A stretch of 64,000 nucleotides of DNA from Candidatus Methylomirabilia bacterium (GTDB taxonomy: Bacteria > Methylomirabilota > Methylomirabilia > Rokubacteriales > CSP1-6). Below the pieces are notes generated by a model. The model saw only the letters and a program-made list of their open reading frames with translations. It ran no database searches and was not told where the DNA came from. Where the stretch lies: positions 13,181-77,180 of the forward strand of contig JBGQEL010000011.1 of NCBI GenBank assembly GCA_041496385.1. Direction: 5' to 3'. This document shows positions 35,051 to 44,686 of this stretch, one piece after another (position 1 is the stretch's first letter; each line of letters starts with the position of its first letter). Both the position numbers and the translations under genes were made by a program.

Positions 35051-35649
35051 GGGTGACGGGAGTGATCCAGGCCGGCGGCCGGAGCACGCGCATGGGCGGC
35101 AGTCCCAAGGCGCTCATGGAGCTCGGCGGCCGGCGGATCGTCGAGCGCGTCGCCGCCGCCGTGGCGCCGGCCGTGGACGACATGCTCGTCGTGACCAACA
35201 CGCCCGAGCTCTACGCCTTTCTGGGCCTGCCCATGGTGGCCGACGTCTACCCGGACCACGGCTCGCTCGGCGGCATCTACTCCGGCCTCAAGGCGGCCTC
35301 GGGCGAGGCCGCGTTCACCGTCGCGTGCGACATGCCGTTCCTCCACCCCGACGTGGTCAGGCTCGTGGTCGAGCGGGCCGGCGCCGGCGAGGTCGTGATC
35401 CCACGCGTGGGCGACCAGCTCGAGACGCTGCACGCCGCGTACGCGAAGAGTTGTCTGGCGCCCATCGAGGCGCGCCTGGTGGCCGGACGGCTCAAGATCG
35501 TCGGGTTCTTCGAGGACGTGCGGGTGGTCGAGATCCCGGAGGCGGTGGTCGCGCGCCATCGCGACCCGGCGCTCGTCTTCATGAACGTCAACACGCCCGC
35601 GGAGCTGGAGCGCGCGCGGGCGATCGCGACGGAGCTCGGCCTCGAATGA
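35047..35649 (+). CDS. mobA: Molybdenum cofactor guanylyltransferase (MobA-like NTP transferase)
   Basis: AGGRSTRMGGSPKAL, VACDMPFL, FMNVNTP. Confidence 0.85.
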   Translation: MRVTGVIQAGGRSTRMGGSPKALMELGGRRIVERVAAAVAPAVDDMLVVTNTPELYAFLGLPMVADVYPDHGSLGGIYSGLKAASGEAAFTVACDMPFLHPDVVRLVVERAGAGEVVIPRVGDQLETLHAAYAKSCLAPIEARLVAGRLKIVGFFEDVRVVEIPEAVVARHRDPALVFMNVNTPAELERARAIATELGLE

Positions 35650-36866
35650 AGGCCGCCGCACTGCGCCCGGCGGTGATCGTGCACTATCACGAGATCGGGC
35701 TCAAGCGCGGCAACCGCCCGCTCTTTCTGCGGCACCTGGCGCGGAACCTCACGCGCGCCGCCTCGGACCTCGGCCCCGTGAGGCTGCGCCAGCTCTCCGG
35801 GCGTATCCTGCTCGATCTCGACGACCACCCGGCGCCCGAGCGGGTGGTGGACCGGGCGCTCCGCGTCTGCGGCGTCGCCAGCGCCGCGCTGGCGCACCGG
35901 GTGCCGTCCACCCTCGAGGCGATGCGGGCCGTGATCGGCCAGCTCATCGAGGGCCGGGCCTTCGGATCGTTCAGGATCTCGGCGCGGCGCGCGTTCAAGA
36001 CCTATCCGATGACGTCCGTGGAGCTCAACCGGGACCTCGGCGCGTTCGTCCTCGAGCGCGTCGCCACGCGTGTGGACCTCCACGCGCCGGAGCTCGAGAT
36101 CCACGTCGAGGTGCTGCCCGCGGAGACGTTCGTCTACATGGACCGGAGGGCCGGGCCGGGCGGGCTGCCGGTCGGCGCGAGCGGGACCGTCGCGGCGCTC
36201 CTCTCGGGCGGTATCGACTCGCCCGTCGCCGCCTGGCGGATGATGAAGCGCGGCTGCCGCGTTCTGTTCGTCCACTTCCACAGCGTGCCGTACCTGCCGG
36301 CGACGTCGCAGGCCAAGGCCCGCGCGCTCGTCGAGCGGCTCACGGAGTGGCAGTATGACTCGCGGCTCCTGCTGGTGCCGTTCGGCGAGATCCAGCGCGA
36401 GGTCGTCCTCACGGTCCCGCCGCCCGCCCGCGTCGTCGTCTACCGCCGGCTCATGGTGCGGATCGCCGAGGCGCTCGGCCGGGCGCGCGGGGCGCAGGCG
36501 CTCGCGACGGGCGAGAGTCTCGGCCAGGTCGCGTCGCAGACGCTCCCCAACATCGCGCGCATCGACGAGGTCGCGGGCCTGCCGGTCCTGCGACCGCTCA
36601 TCGGCATGGACAAGCTGGAGATCACGGCCGAGGCCCGCCGTCTCGGCACGTTCGAGATCTCGATCGAGCCTGATCAGGACTGCTGCACGCTCTTCACCCC
36701 GAGGCACCCGGCCACGCGCATGTCCGAGCTCGACGTCGTCGCCGCGGAGGCGGGGCTCGACGCGCCCCGGCTCGTCGCCCAGGGCGTGGCCGGGGCGGTG
36801 CTCGAAACCTTCGAGTTCCCCGCGGGTGCCCCCGCGGTCGTCGGAGACCGGGTGCCCGATATCTAG
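35646..36866 (+). CDS. thiI: tRNA 4-thiouridine synthase ThiI (no rhodanese domain)
   Basis: HEIGLKRGNR, THUMP domain, LLSGGIDSPVA, GESLGQVASQT, QDCC. Confidence 0.93.
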   Translation: MKAAALRPAVIVHYHEIGLKRGNRPLFLRHLARNLTRAASDLGPVRLRQLSGRILLDLDDHPAPERVVDRALRVCGVASAALAHRVPSTLEAMRAVIGQLIEGRAFGSFRISARRAFKTYPMTSVELNRDLGAFVLERVATRVDLHAPELEIHVEVLPAETFVYMDRRAGPGGLPVGASGTVAALLSGGIDSPVAAWRMMKRGCRVLFVHFHSVPYLPATSQAKARALVERLTEWQYDSRLLLVPFGEIQREVVLTVPPPARVVVYRRLMVRIAEALGRARGAQALATGESLGQVASQTLPNIARIDEVAGLPVLRPLIGMDKLEITAEARRLGTFEISIEPDQDCCTLFTPRHPATRMSELDVVAAEAGLDAPRLVAQGVAGAVLETFEFPAGAPAVVGDRVPDI

Positions 36867-36871
36867 TTGGC

Positions 36872-36901
36872 TTGACTTGACCTGACCCCTACAGATATGG
36901 T
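36872..36901 (+). promoter_or_regulatory. Promoter of rpiB-glyA-nrdR, probably leaderless
   Basis: TTGACT-18 nt-TATGGT, 6 nt before ATG 36908, no RBS. Confidence 0.55.
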
Positions 36902-36907
36902 CAGCGT

Positions 36908-37378
36908 ATGACGGCCATCGCGCTCGGAGCGGACCACGCCGGGTTCCCGCTGAAGGAGGACCTCAAGGCGTGGTTGATCACCCAGGGGCACGAAGTGGTC
37001 GACTGCGGCACCCAGTCCGCCGAGTCCGTCGACTACCCCGACTACGCCGCGATCGTGGGCGGCGCCGTCATCACCGGCAAGGCCGCCCGCGGGATCCTCG
37101 TCTGCGGCACCGGGCTCGGAATGGCGATGGCCGCGAACAAGGTCGCGGGCGTCCGTGCCGCCGCGTGCGCCGACGCCTACACGGCGCGCCTGAGCCGCGA
37201 GCACAACGACGCCAACGTGCTCGCGCTGGGCGCGCGCATCACCGCGCGCGACGCGGCGATCGAGATTCTCCAGGCGTGGCTCGGCGCCGACTTCGCCGGC
37301 GGCCGCCACGCTCGACGGGTCGCGAAGCTGGCCGAGCTCGACCGCGAGCGTGGAGAGCACGATGCTCCGGCTCGCTGA
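36908..37378 (+). CDS. rpiB: Ribose 5-phosphate isomerase B
   Basis: [34 protein letters not shown]. Confidence 0.95.
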   Translation: MTAIALGADHAGFPLKEDLKAWLITQGHEVVDCGTQSAESVDYPDYAAIVGGAVITGKAARGILVCGTGLGMAMAANKVAGVRAAACADAYTARLSREHNDANVLALGARITARDAAIEILQAWLGADFAGGRHARRVAKLAELDRERGEHDAPAR

Positions 37379-38609
37379 CGTCGATCCCGAGATCGCCAAG
37401 GCCCTCCGCGAGGAGGCGGATCGGCAGCACCGGAACCTCGAGCTGATCGCCTCGGAGAACTTCGTCTCGGAAGCCGTGCTCGCGGCGACCGGCTCGGTGC
37501 TGACCAACAAGTACGCCGAGGGGTACCCGGGGCGGCGTTACTACGGCGGGTGCGAGGTCGTGGACGTTGTTGAGGAGCTCGCGATCGCGCGGGCGCGTGA
37601 GCTGTTCGGCGCCGAGCACGTCAACGTGCAGCCGCACTCCGGCGCCCAGGCGAACATGGCGGTCTATTTCACGCTGCTCAAGCCGGGCGACACGGTGCTC
37701 GGGCCGAACCTGGCCCACGGCGGTCATCTCACGGCCGGCAGCCCGGTCAACTACTCCGGCAAGTTCTACTCGATCGTCGCCTACGGGGTCCGCAAGGACA
37801 CCGAGCTCATCGACCTCGACGAGGTGCGCGACCTCGCCAGGAAGCACCGGCCGAAGCTCCTCATCGCGGGCGGCTCCGCCTTCCCGCGCGCCATCGACTT
37901 CGCGCCCTTCGGGGAGATCGCGCGCGAGGTCGGCGCCCGCCTGATGGCCGACATCGCGCACCCGGCTGGACTGGTCGCCGCCGGGCTGCACCCGTCGCCC
38001 GTCGGCATCGCCGACTTCGTCACCACGACGACGCACAAGACCCTGCGGGGGCCGCGCGGCGGGATGGTCATGTGCCGGGCCGGAGACGCGGCGGCCCTCG
38101 ACCGGACCGTCATGCCGGGCGTGCAGGGCGGCCCCCTGATGCACGTGATCGCCGCCAAGGCGGTGGCGTTCCGGGAGGCGAGCCAGCCCGCCTGGCGCGA
38201 GTATCAGCGCCAGATCGTCCGCAACGCGAAGGCCCTCGCCGACGCGCTGATGGCCCGCGGCTACCGCCTCGTCTCGGGCGGCACGGACACCCACCTCATG
38301 CTCCTGGACCTCTCGAGCCGCGGCATCACGGGAAAGGACGCGCAGGAAGCGCTCGACCGCGCGTGGATCACGGTGAACAAGAACACCGTGCCGTTCGAGA
38401 CCAAGAGTCCGATGGTGACCAGCGGGATCAGGATCGGGACACCCGCCGTCACGACGCGCGGCATGCGCGAGACGGAGATGGGCGAGATCGCGGGAGTCAT
38501 CGACCGGGTGCTGTCGAACCTCGGAGCGGCCCCGGTCGAGGCGAAGGTTCGCGAGGACGTCCGGGAGCTGACGAACCGCTTCCCGCTCTATCCGGAGCGG
38601 CGGACATGA
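37362..38609 (+). CDS. glyA: Serine hydroxymethyltransferase
   Basis: [39 protein letters not shown]. Confidence 0.98.
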   Translation: MLRLADVDPEIAKALREEADRQHRNLELIASENFVSEAVLAATGSVLTNKYAEGYPGRRYYGGCEVVDVVEELAIARARELFGAEHVNVQPHSGAQANMAVYFTLLKPGDTVLGPNLAHGGHLTAGSPVNYSGKFYSIVAYGVRKDTELIDLDEVRDLARKHRPKLLIAGGSAFPRAIDFAPFGEIAREVGARLMADIAHPAGLVAAGLHPSPVGIADFVTTTTHKTLRGPRGGMVMCRAGDAAALDRTVMPGVQGGPLMHVIAAKAVAFREASQPAWREYQRQIVRNAKALADALMARGYRLVSGGTDTHLMLLDLSSRGITGKDAQEALDRAWITVNKNTVPFETKSPMVTSGIRIGTPAVTTRGMRETEMGEIAGVIDRVLSNLGAAPVEAKVREDVRELTNRFPLYPERRT

Positions 38610-38625
38610 GAGGGGGGCTCGGCCG

Positions 38626-39132
38626 GTGAAATGCCCGTTTTGCGGACACACGGAGGATCGGGTCGTCGACTCCCGGGTCGGGCGCGACGGCGAGTTCATC
38701 CGCCGCCGGCGCGAGTGTCTCAAGTGCCACCGGCGCTACACGACCTACGAGTACATCGAGGACGTCCTGCCGCACGTCGTGAAGCGCGACGGCCGGCGCG
38801 AGCCGTTCGACCGGCAGAAGCTCCGGGGCTCGATCCTCAAGGCGTGCGAGAAGCGCTCCGTCGGCGTCCAGGCCGTCGACGACGTCGTCGCCGAGATCGA
38901 GTCGCAGCTTCACGAGCGCGCCGAGAAGGAGATCACCAGCAAGGAGCTCGGCGAGATCGTGATGGAGCACCTCCAGAAGCTCGACCAGGTGGCCTACGTG
39001 CGCTTCGCCTCCGTTTACCGGCAGTTCAAGGACATCGCCCAGTTCATGGACGAGGTGAAGGGGCTCCTCAAGGACGACAAGCCGAAGCCGGGCCTCGCCC
39101 CCAGGCCGAAGATGATCGTGAAGGCCAAGTAA
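38626..39132 (+). CDS. nrdR: Transcriptional repressor NrdR
   Basis: KCPFC...VVDSR...IRRRREC, ATP cone, VAYVRFASVY. Confidence 0.97.
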   Translation: MKCPFCGHTEDRVVDSRVGRDGEFIRRRRECLKCHRRYTTYEYIEDVLPHVVKRDGRREPFDRQKLRGSILKACEKRSVGVQAVDDVVAEIESQLHERAEKEITSKELGEIVMEHLQKLDQVAYVRFASVYRQFKDIAQFMDEVKGLLKDDKPKPGLAPRPKMIVKAK

Positions 39133-39135
39133 CGC

Positions 39136-39993
39136 CTAGGCGGCCGGCCGCGTCACGAGGAACACGCCGCCGATCACCAGCATCGCGCCGACCACGTGAT
39201 ACGCATGGACGGCCTCGCCGACCACAAGCCACGCCAGGGCGATCACGACGAAGGGCATCAGATTGAGGAAGCCGTTGGCGCGCCCCGGCCCGATCGCGCG
39301 CACGACCGCGTAGTACCAGACGTGCGCGAGCGTCACGAGCACCGCGGTGTAGAGGACGACCGCCCAGCCGAGCGGCGCCGCGAGCGGCGAGCGCCACGGC
39401 TCGACGACGGCCGCCAGCGGGATCAGCACGATCGCGCTCACCACGTGCGCGCCCGCCATCACCCAGACGGGCTCGAGCGTCGAGGCTGACGCGCGACTGA
39501 ACAGCGAGTAGGCGACCCAGAGCACCTGGGAGAAGAGCATGATCGGGTCGCCGCGGTTGAACGCCAGCGTCCGGAACGTCTCGAGGGAACCCTTGGCGAC
39601 GGTGACGAGGACCGCGGCAACCGTCACGGCGATGCCGAGCCAGTTGAGCGGCGCCAGGCGATCGCCGAGCAGGAGGGCCGCGGCCAGCGCGATGAAGATC
39701 GGCGCCGTGGCGCTCAGGATGCTCGCGTTCAGCGCGGTCGTGTACTGCAGACCCCAGTACCAGATCGTGGTGTTCCCGACGAGCCCTGTGAGCCCGAGGA
39801 CGACGAAGGTGACGTAGTCGCGCCGGGCCAGGGGGTGGGTCAGGGGCGCGGTGAGGTGCGCGACGGCGAGCAGGAGCGGGGTCGCGACCAGGGCGCGGGC
39901 GGCGGTCAGGCTCAGGGGGCCGAGCTCACCGAGCGCGATTTTGCCGAGGGGAAAGTTGCCAGCCCAGATGAAAATGACCGCCAGCAGCAGCAC
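39136..39993 (-). CDS. DMT/EamA family transporter
   Basis: About 10 hydrophobic segments, IWAGNF, FLNLMP; frame stays open to 40014. Confidence 0.88.
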   Translation of the reverse strand: MLLLAVIFIWAGNFPLGKIALGELGPLSLTAARALVATPLLLAVAHLTAPLTHPLARRDYVTFVVLGLTGLVGNTTIWYWGLQYTTALNASILSATAPIFIALAAALLLGDRLAPLNWLGIAVTVAAVLVTVAKGSLETFRTLAFNRGDPIMLFSQVLWVAYSLFSRASASTLEPVWVMAGAHVVSAIVLIPLAAVVEPWRSPLAAPLGWAVVLYTAVLVTLAHVWYYAVVRAIGPGRANGFLNLMPFVVIALAWLVVGEAVHAYHVVGAMLVIGGVFLVTRPAA

Positions 39994-40019
39994 ATAGGCG
40001 CGCTTTTCGGTGATCCACC

Positions 40020-40048
40020 ATGCTAGGAAGGCCCCCCGGCGCTGTCAA
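40020..40048 (-). promoter_or_regulatory. sigma70 promoter of the DMT gene
   Basis: TTGACA-17 nt-TAGCAT on the minus strand. Confidence 0.65.
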
Positions 40049-40123
40049 GGGGGCACCGAATATCTTGGGCCTCCGGGGCAACAGGGTCGCAAGATAGTGG
40101 GTACCGATGAGGTTCCGGGGTCG

Positions 40124-40152
40124 TTGACATCGCCGGAGGCGCGATGTAGCGT
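40124..40152 (+). promoter_or_regulatory. sigma70 promoter of the radical SAM gene
   Basis: TTGACA-17 nt-TAGCGT. Confidence 0.65.
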
Positions 40153-40221
40153 TGGCTCGGCCCTGCGGCCTGCAGCCATTGCCAACCGTGCAAACTTAGC
40201 GCGCGTGAGGAGATCCCATCG

Positions 40222-42051
40222 ATGAGACGCCAGCTCAAGAAGCTTGTCTTCGTCGAGCCGAAGTCGACGCACCTGCACATCTACAGTCGCGTGTGCATCC
40301 CGCGGCTCGGCTCGGTCCTCCTGGCCACGATCATGCGCGCCAAGGGCTACGACGTCCGGGTCTACATCGAGGACATCCATCCGGTCGACATGCAGGAGGT
40401 GCTCTCGGCGGATCTCGTCGCGGTGTCGGCGATCACCTCGACGGCGCCCCAGTCCTATCGCCTCGCCGACAAGGTGCGGGAGGCGGGCGGGATCGCCGTC
40501 ATGGGCGGCACGCACACGAGCTTCATGCCCGAGGAGGGGCTGGCGCACTCCGACTTCGTGATCCGCGGCGAGGGCGAGTTCGCGTTCCAGGAGCTGGTCG
40601 ACGCGATCCAGGCGGGCGAGGGCTTCGAGAAGATCCAGAACCTCTCCTACCTCTCGGGCGAACGCACGCTGCACAACCCCGAGCGCCCCAAGATCCCGAA
40701 CCTCGACGTGAACCCGATCCCCGACTACCGCCTGATCACGGGCTGGAAGCCCGGGGGCGTCGTCTCGGTCGCCACCTCGCGCGGCTGCCCCTTCTCCTGC
40801 ACCTTCTGCTCGGTGCCCGGCATGTACGGGCACGCCTTCCGGACGCATTCCATCGAGCGCGTGCTGCAGGAGCTCGAGGTGCACAAGGGGAACATGTACA
40901 CGTTCTTCGCGGACGACATCTTCACCGCGAACAAGAAGCGGGTGAAGGAGCTGCTGCGGGGGATGATCCAGCGCGGGCTCACACCGGAGTGGGGCGCGCA
41001 GGTCCGGACCGAGACGGTGGACGACCCCGAGCTCCTCCAGCTGATGCGCGACGCGAACTGCTTCAACGTCTACGTCGGCTTCGAGTCGATCAATCCGAAG
41101 ACGCTCAAGCTCTTCAACAAGAAGCAGGACCTGGAAAAGATCGAGCGCTCCATCGAGCGGTTCCACGCCCACAAAATCAGGATCCACGGCATGTTCGTCG
41201 TCGGGTCGGACGAGGACGACCTCGAGACCCTCGATGCCACCGCGGAGTTCGCGCTCAAGCACGACATCGATTCGGTCCAGTTCATGATCCTGACGCCGAT
41301 CCCGGGCTCGCCCGACTACGAGACGCTCTACGATCACGGCAACAAGTACGTGATCAGCAAGAACTGGCAGTTCTACGACGGCCACCACGTCGTCCACCAG
41401 CCGCGGCGGATCAGCCCGTACGAGCTCCAGATGGGCGCGATCCAGGCGATGGAGAAGTTCTACTCGTGGCGCGGCATCGCGGCGAAGCTCGTGAAGCGCG
41501 ACATCTACTACGCCACCATCCGGTACTGGGGCAAGAAGATGCTTCGCGAGTGGTGGAAGGATGCCGAGAACCGCGCGCACGTCGACTGGCTCCGCGCGCA
41601 GCTCTACTCGGACGCGCGCGAGCTCGGCCACGGCGCCGTGAAGACGGTGGGGCTCCCGGCGCTCCTGTTGCAGGACTCGGTCGGTCGACTGCTCGGGCGC
41701 TTCCTGGGCGAGCTCGGCGTCAAGGTGGTGCCGCTCGCCGAGGCCGCGGCGGAGGCCGCGGCGGGAAGCGCCGCGCGGGCCCGCGAGACCTTCGACTGCC
41801 TGATCACGCCCATCGTCAAGCGCGCGGCCAAGGAGCGGGAGGAGTTCCACGCGAGCCTCCAGGCGGTGACCGAGACGCTCCGGACGCAATGGGAGAAGCT
41901 GCCGAAGGTGAGCTTCCCTCTCGTCGACGGGCAGGGGCCGGTGTTCGAGCCCTTCGCCAAGATCGGGCTCCTGTTCACGAAGAACCTCGACCGGATCCGG
42001 GACGCCTACAAGACGGCGGGCGTCGCCGAGGGGCTCTGGGAGGCCGCTTAG
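40222..42051 (+). CDS. Cobalamin-binding radical SAM protein with extra C-terminal domain
   Basis: N-terminal B12-binding fold (VMGGTHTS...RGEGE), TSRGCPFSCTFC, FADDIF, VGFES. Confidence 0.9.
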   Translation: MRRQLKKLVFVEPKSTHLHIYSRVCIPRLGSVLLATIMRAKGYDVRVYIEDIHPVDMQEVLSADLVAVSAITSTAPQSYRLADKVREAGGIAVMGGTHTSFMPEEGLAHSDFVIRGEGEFAFQELVDAIQAGEGFEKIQNLSYLSGERTLHNPERPKIPNLDVNPIPDYRLITGWKPGGVVSVATSRGCPFSCTFCSVPGMYGHAFRTHSIERVLQELEVHKGNMYTFFADDIFTANKKRVKELLRGMIQRGLTPEWGAQVRTETVDDPELLQLMRDANCFNVYVGFESINPKTLKLFNKKQDLEKIERSIERFHAHKIRIHGMFVVGSDEDDLETLDATAEFALKHDIDSVQFMILTPIPGSPDYETLYDHGNKYVISKNWQFYDGHHVVHQPRRISPYELQMGAIQAMEKFYSWRGIAAKLVKRDIYYATIRYWGKKMLREWWKDAENRAHVDWLRAQLYSDARELGHGAVKTVGLPALLLQDSVGRLLGRFLGELGVKVVPLAEAAAEAAAGSAARARETFDCLITPIVKRAAKEREEFHASLQAVTETLRTQWEKLPKVSFPLVDGQGPVFEPFAKIGLLFTKNLDRIRDAYKTAGVAEGLWEAA

Positions 42052-42731
42052 GGGGCCTTCGGCTCCTGGATGGAGGACGGCCTGCGGGCGTGGCGGCGGC
42101 GGACGAACTCCTCGTTCAGCGGCACGCCCTTCTTGCAGAGGGGGCACGTCTCCGGGTCGTAGGTCGGAAAATCTCGGCTGACCAGGCTGAACATCGACTT
42201 GCCGCCGACCTCCACCGAGGTGCGGCGCCAGAGACAGCCGACTCCCACCACCTGCGCGCCGAGCTGTTCGGCGAGGTTGATCAGGAGGTTGAGCGTCGAG
42301 CCGGTGCTCACGAGGTCCTCGACGAGGAGCACCTTCGAGCCCGCACGAACGAGACGCTGGAACTCGACCGGCAGCGACACCCGCCGCTTGCCGCCCGAGA
42401 GGCCCTTCGTCCCGTAGATCACGATCGGCCGCGACGGATGGGCGCGGGCGACGCAGTGCGAGAGGATGAGCGCGCCGGGACCCGTCGAGAGCACCACGTC
42501 GACCGGCCACGCGGCGAAGTGCTTGGCGATGACCGCGCCGAGGCCCTCGGTGAACGACGGCTCGGTCGTCACGAGCGTCTTCTCGATGTACTCGGTCGTG
42601 TGCTGCCCCGACGGCAGGAGCACGTGATCGTTGGCGTGGTAGGCCCCGGTCCGCTTGAGGATCTCGAGGTGGATTTTCTCCCGAACCTCCACCTCGACGG
42701 CGGTGGGATCCTTCCTGGGCGAGGCGCTCAT
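42048..42731 (-). CDS. Type I phosphoribosyltransferase, orotate PRTase-like
   Basis: HVLLPSGQH, VLLVEDLVSTGST PRPP loop, YDPETCPLC tail. Confidence 0.75.
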   Translation of the reverse strand: MSASPRKDPTAVEVEVREKIHLEILKRTGAYHANDHVLLPSGQHTTEYIEKTLVTTEPSFTEGLGAVIAKHFAAWPVDVVLSTGPGALILSHCVARAHPSRPIVIYGTKGLSGGKRRVSLPVEFQRLVRAGSKVLLVEDLVSTGSTLNLLINLAEQLGAQVVGVGCLWRRTSVEVGGKSMFSLVSRDFPTYDPETCPLCKKGVPLNEEFVRRRHARRPSSIQEPKAP

Positions 42732-42781
42732 CCGGTTCCTCCCGGGCGCATTATCGCATTTTAATTGCTAGACTGCGTCGT

Positions 42782-43456
42782 ATGCGCCTGCTCGCCGTCG
42801 AGACCTCCACGCTGGCCGGCGGCGCGGCGCTCCTCGACGGGGACCGCGTGGTCGGGCAGTACCTCCTCGACGTGCGCGCCACCCACTCCGAGCGCCTCAT
42901 GGTCGCGGTGGATCGCATCCTCGGTGACGCGGGCTGGACGCCGCGCGACCTCGACGGGCTCGCCGTCGCCGTCGGCCCCGGCTCGTTCACCGGGCTCCGC
43001 ATCGGGATCAGCACCGTGAAGGGGCTGGCGCTCGCGCTCGACGTCCCTATCGCCGCGGTGCCGACGCTCGACGCGATGGCGGCCTCGCTGCCGTTCGCGG
43101 GCCTACCCGTCTGTCCCGTGCTGGACGCGCGCAAGCGCGAGGTGTACGCCGCGTTCTTCCGATGGGACGGGACCGCGATGCGGCGGGAGTCGGAGTATCT
43201 CGCGGTGGCGCCCGCGGAGCTGGCGCGGCGGCTGGTCGAGCCGACCGTGCTCCTCGGCGGAGCCGCGGGCGCGATCGTGTCGCCGCACGCGCGCCTGGCG
43301 CCGCCGACGCACCAGTTCCCATTTCCCGCGTGCGTCGGCGTGCTCGGCCTGGCGCGCTTCCGCGCCGGGGAGACCGTCACGGCAGCCGATCTCGTGCCCC
43401 TCTATCTCCGGCCCTCCGAGGCCGAGCTGAAGCGCCGTGCAATCTCGGTCCATTGA
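42782..43456 (+). CDS. tsaB: t6A biosynthesis protein TsaB
   Basis: LAVETST, GPGSFTGLRIG, LDARKREVY, VPLYLR. Confidence 0.95.
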   Translation: MRLLAVETSTLAGGAALLDGDRVVGQYLLDVRATHSERLMVAVDRILGDAGWTPRDLDGLAVAVGPGSFTGLRIGISTVKGLALALDVPIAAVPTLDAMAASLPFAGLPVCPVLDARKREVYAAFFRWDGTAMRRESEYLAVAPAELARRLVEPTVLLGGAAGAIVSPHARLAPPTHQFPFPACVGVLGLARFRAGETVTAADLVPLYLRPSEAELKRRAISVH

Positions 43457-43910
43457 CCGGATGCGCCCGGAGGACCTCGACGAGGTCCTCGCCATCGAGC
43501 GCGCGGCGTTCTCCATGCCGTGGTCGCGGGGCGCGTTCGTCTACGAGATGGAGCAGAACCGCGTGGCGCGCTGCTGGGTCATGCGCGAGGAGGGGCGCCC
43601 GATCGGCTACCTCTGCCTCTGGGAGATCGCCGACGAGCTGCACATCACGAACGTCGCGGTCGAGCCCTCGCGCCGGCGGCAGGGCGTCGGCCGCGCGCTG
43701 CTCAAGGGTGTCCTCGACGACGCGCGCGAGCGGCGCCTGCGGCTCGTCGTCCTCGAGGTGCGACCCAGCAACACCGAGGCGCGCACGCTCTACGAGGCCT
43801 TCGGGTTCCGCGTCATCGGACGCCGGCGCGGCTACTACTACGATACCGGCGAGGACGCGCTGGTCATGGAGGCGGCCCTCCAGACCGCACAGCCGGGAAC
43901 CGTGACGTAG
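43437..43910 (+). CDS. rimI: Ribosomal protein S18-alanine N-acetyltransferase
   Basis: ELHITNVAV, LEVRPSN, RRGYY...EDALVM. Confidence 0.92.
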   Translation: MQSRSIDRMRPEDLDEVLAIERAAFSMPWSRGAFVYEMEQNRVARCWVMREEGRPIGYLCLWEIADELHITNVAVEPSRRRQGVGRALLKGVLDDARERRLRLVVLEVRPSNTEARTLYEAFGFRVIGRRRGYYYDTGEDALVMEAALQTAQPGTVT

Positions 43911-43978
43911 CCCCGGCCGTTTGTGATACAAGTCGGTGTTTGCGGGCCGTGGCATACTTCATGGAGGCCATAAGGGAC

Positions 43979-44626
43979 ATGCGCGCTATACGACCGCTCT
44001 TCCTGGCGATCGTCCTCGTTGTCCTGGCGGCCCTCCCCGCCGCGGCCGAAGTGATCCAGTTCAAGCTGCTCCCCAACTACTCACGCGCGACGTTCAAGAC
44101 GGACGCCCCGCTCGAGACCATCGTGGGCAACGCCGTGGCGGCCGCCCTCGCCGGATCTCTCACGCTGGATCCCGCCAAGCCCCGGGAGGCGAAGGGCGTC
44201 GTCACGGTCGACATGTCCAAGGTCAGGACCGGCATCGACAAGCGTGACGCCGACATGCTCGATCCCCGCTTCCTCGACGCAACGGCGAACGAAGCGAACA
44301 AGTTTGTCACGTTCGAGGTCAGGGGCGTCGAGATCGCGGGACCGCTCAGGTCCGGGACGGAGCTGTCGGCCAAGATCAGCGGGATCTTCACCGTCAGGCA
44401 GAAGGCCGTCAACCTCGTCGCGGACGCCCGCGTCACGTACGTGAAGCTGACATCCGAGCAGGTCGACGTGCAGAAGCGCTTCGGCTTCACGCCGGACAAC
44501 ATCAAGATCCGCGCGAAGTTCGCGACCACGTTCACGGGCCACGGCATGGAGGTGCCCCAGCTCCTGATCTTCAAGCTCTCCAACGAGATCGAGCTCGAGA
44601 CGGACCTGACCTTTGCCCGCCAGTAA
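43979..44626 (+). CDS. Secreted YceI-like protein
   Basis: Signal peptide ending PAAA; FKTDAPLETIVG, RTGIDKRDADM; beta-rich. Confidence 0.75.
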   Translation: MRAIRPLFLAIVLVVLAALPAAAEVIQFKLLPNYSRATFKTDAPLETIVGNAVAAALAGSLTLDPAKPREAKGVVTVDMSKVRTGIDKRDADMLDPRFLDATANEANKFVTFEVRGVEIAGPLRSGTELSAKISGIFTVRQKAVNLVADARVTYVKLTSEQVDVQKRFGFTPDNIKIRAKFATTFTGHGMEVPQLLIFKLSNEIELETDLTFARQ

Positions 44627-44686
44627 CCTGTCGTGAAGCGACTCGCGTCGGGGCTCCAGGTCGATCGGCTCTAGCGAAAAGGAGAC

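Noticed and set aside
40045..42764. 821-aa (minus) and 823-aa (plus) ORFs overlapping the radical SAM gene
   Set aside because: Alternative frames of a clearly real gene, with no domain signatures.
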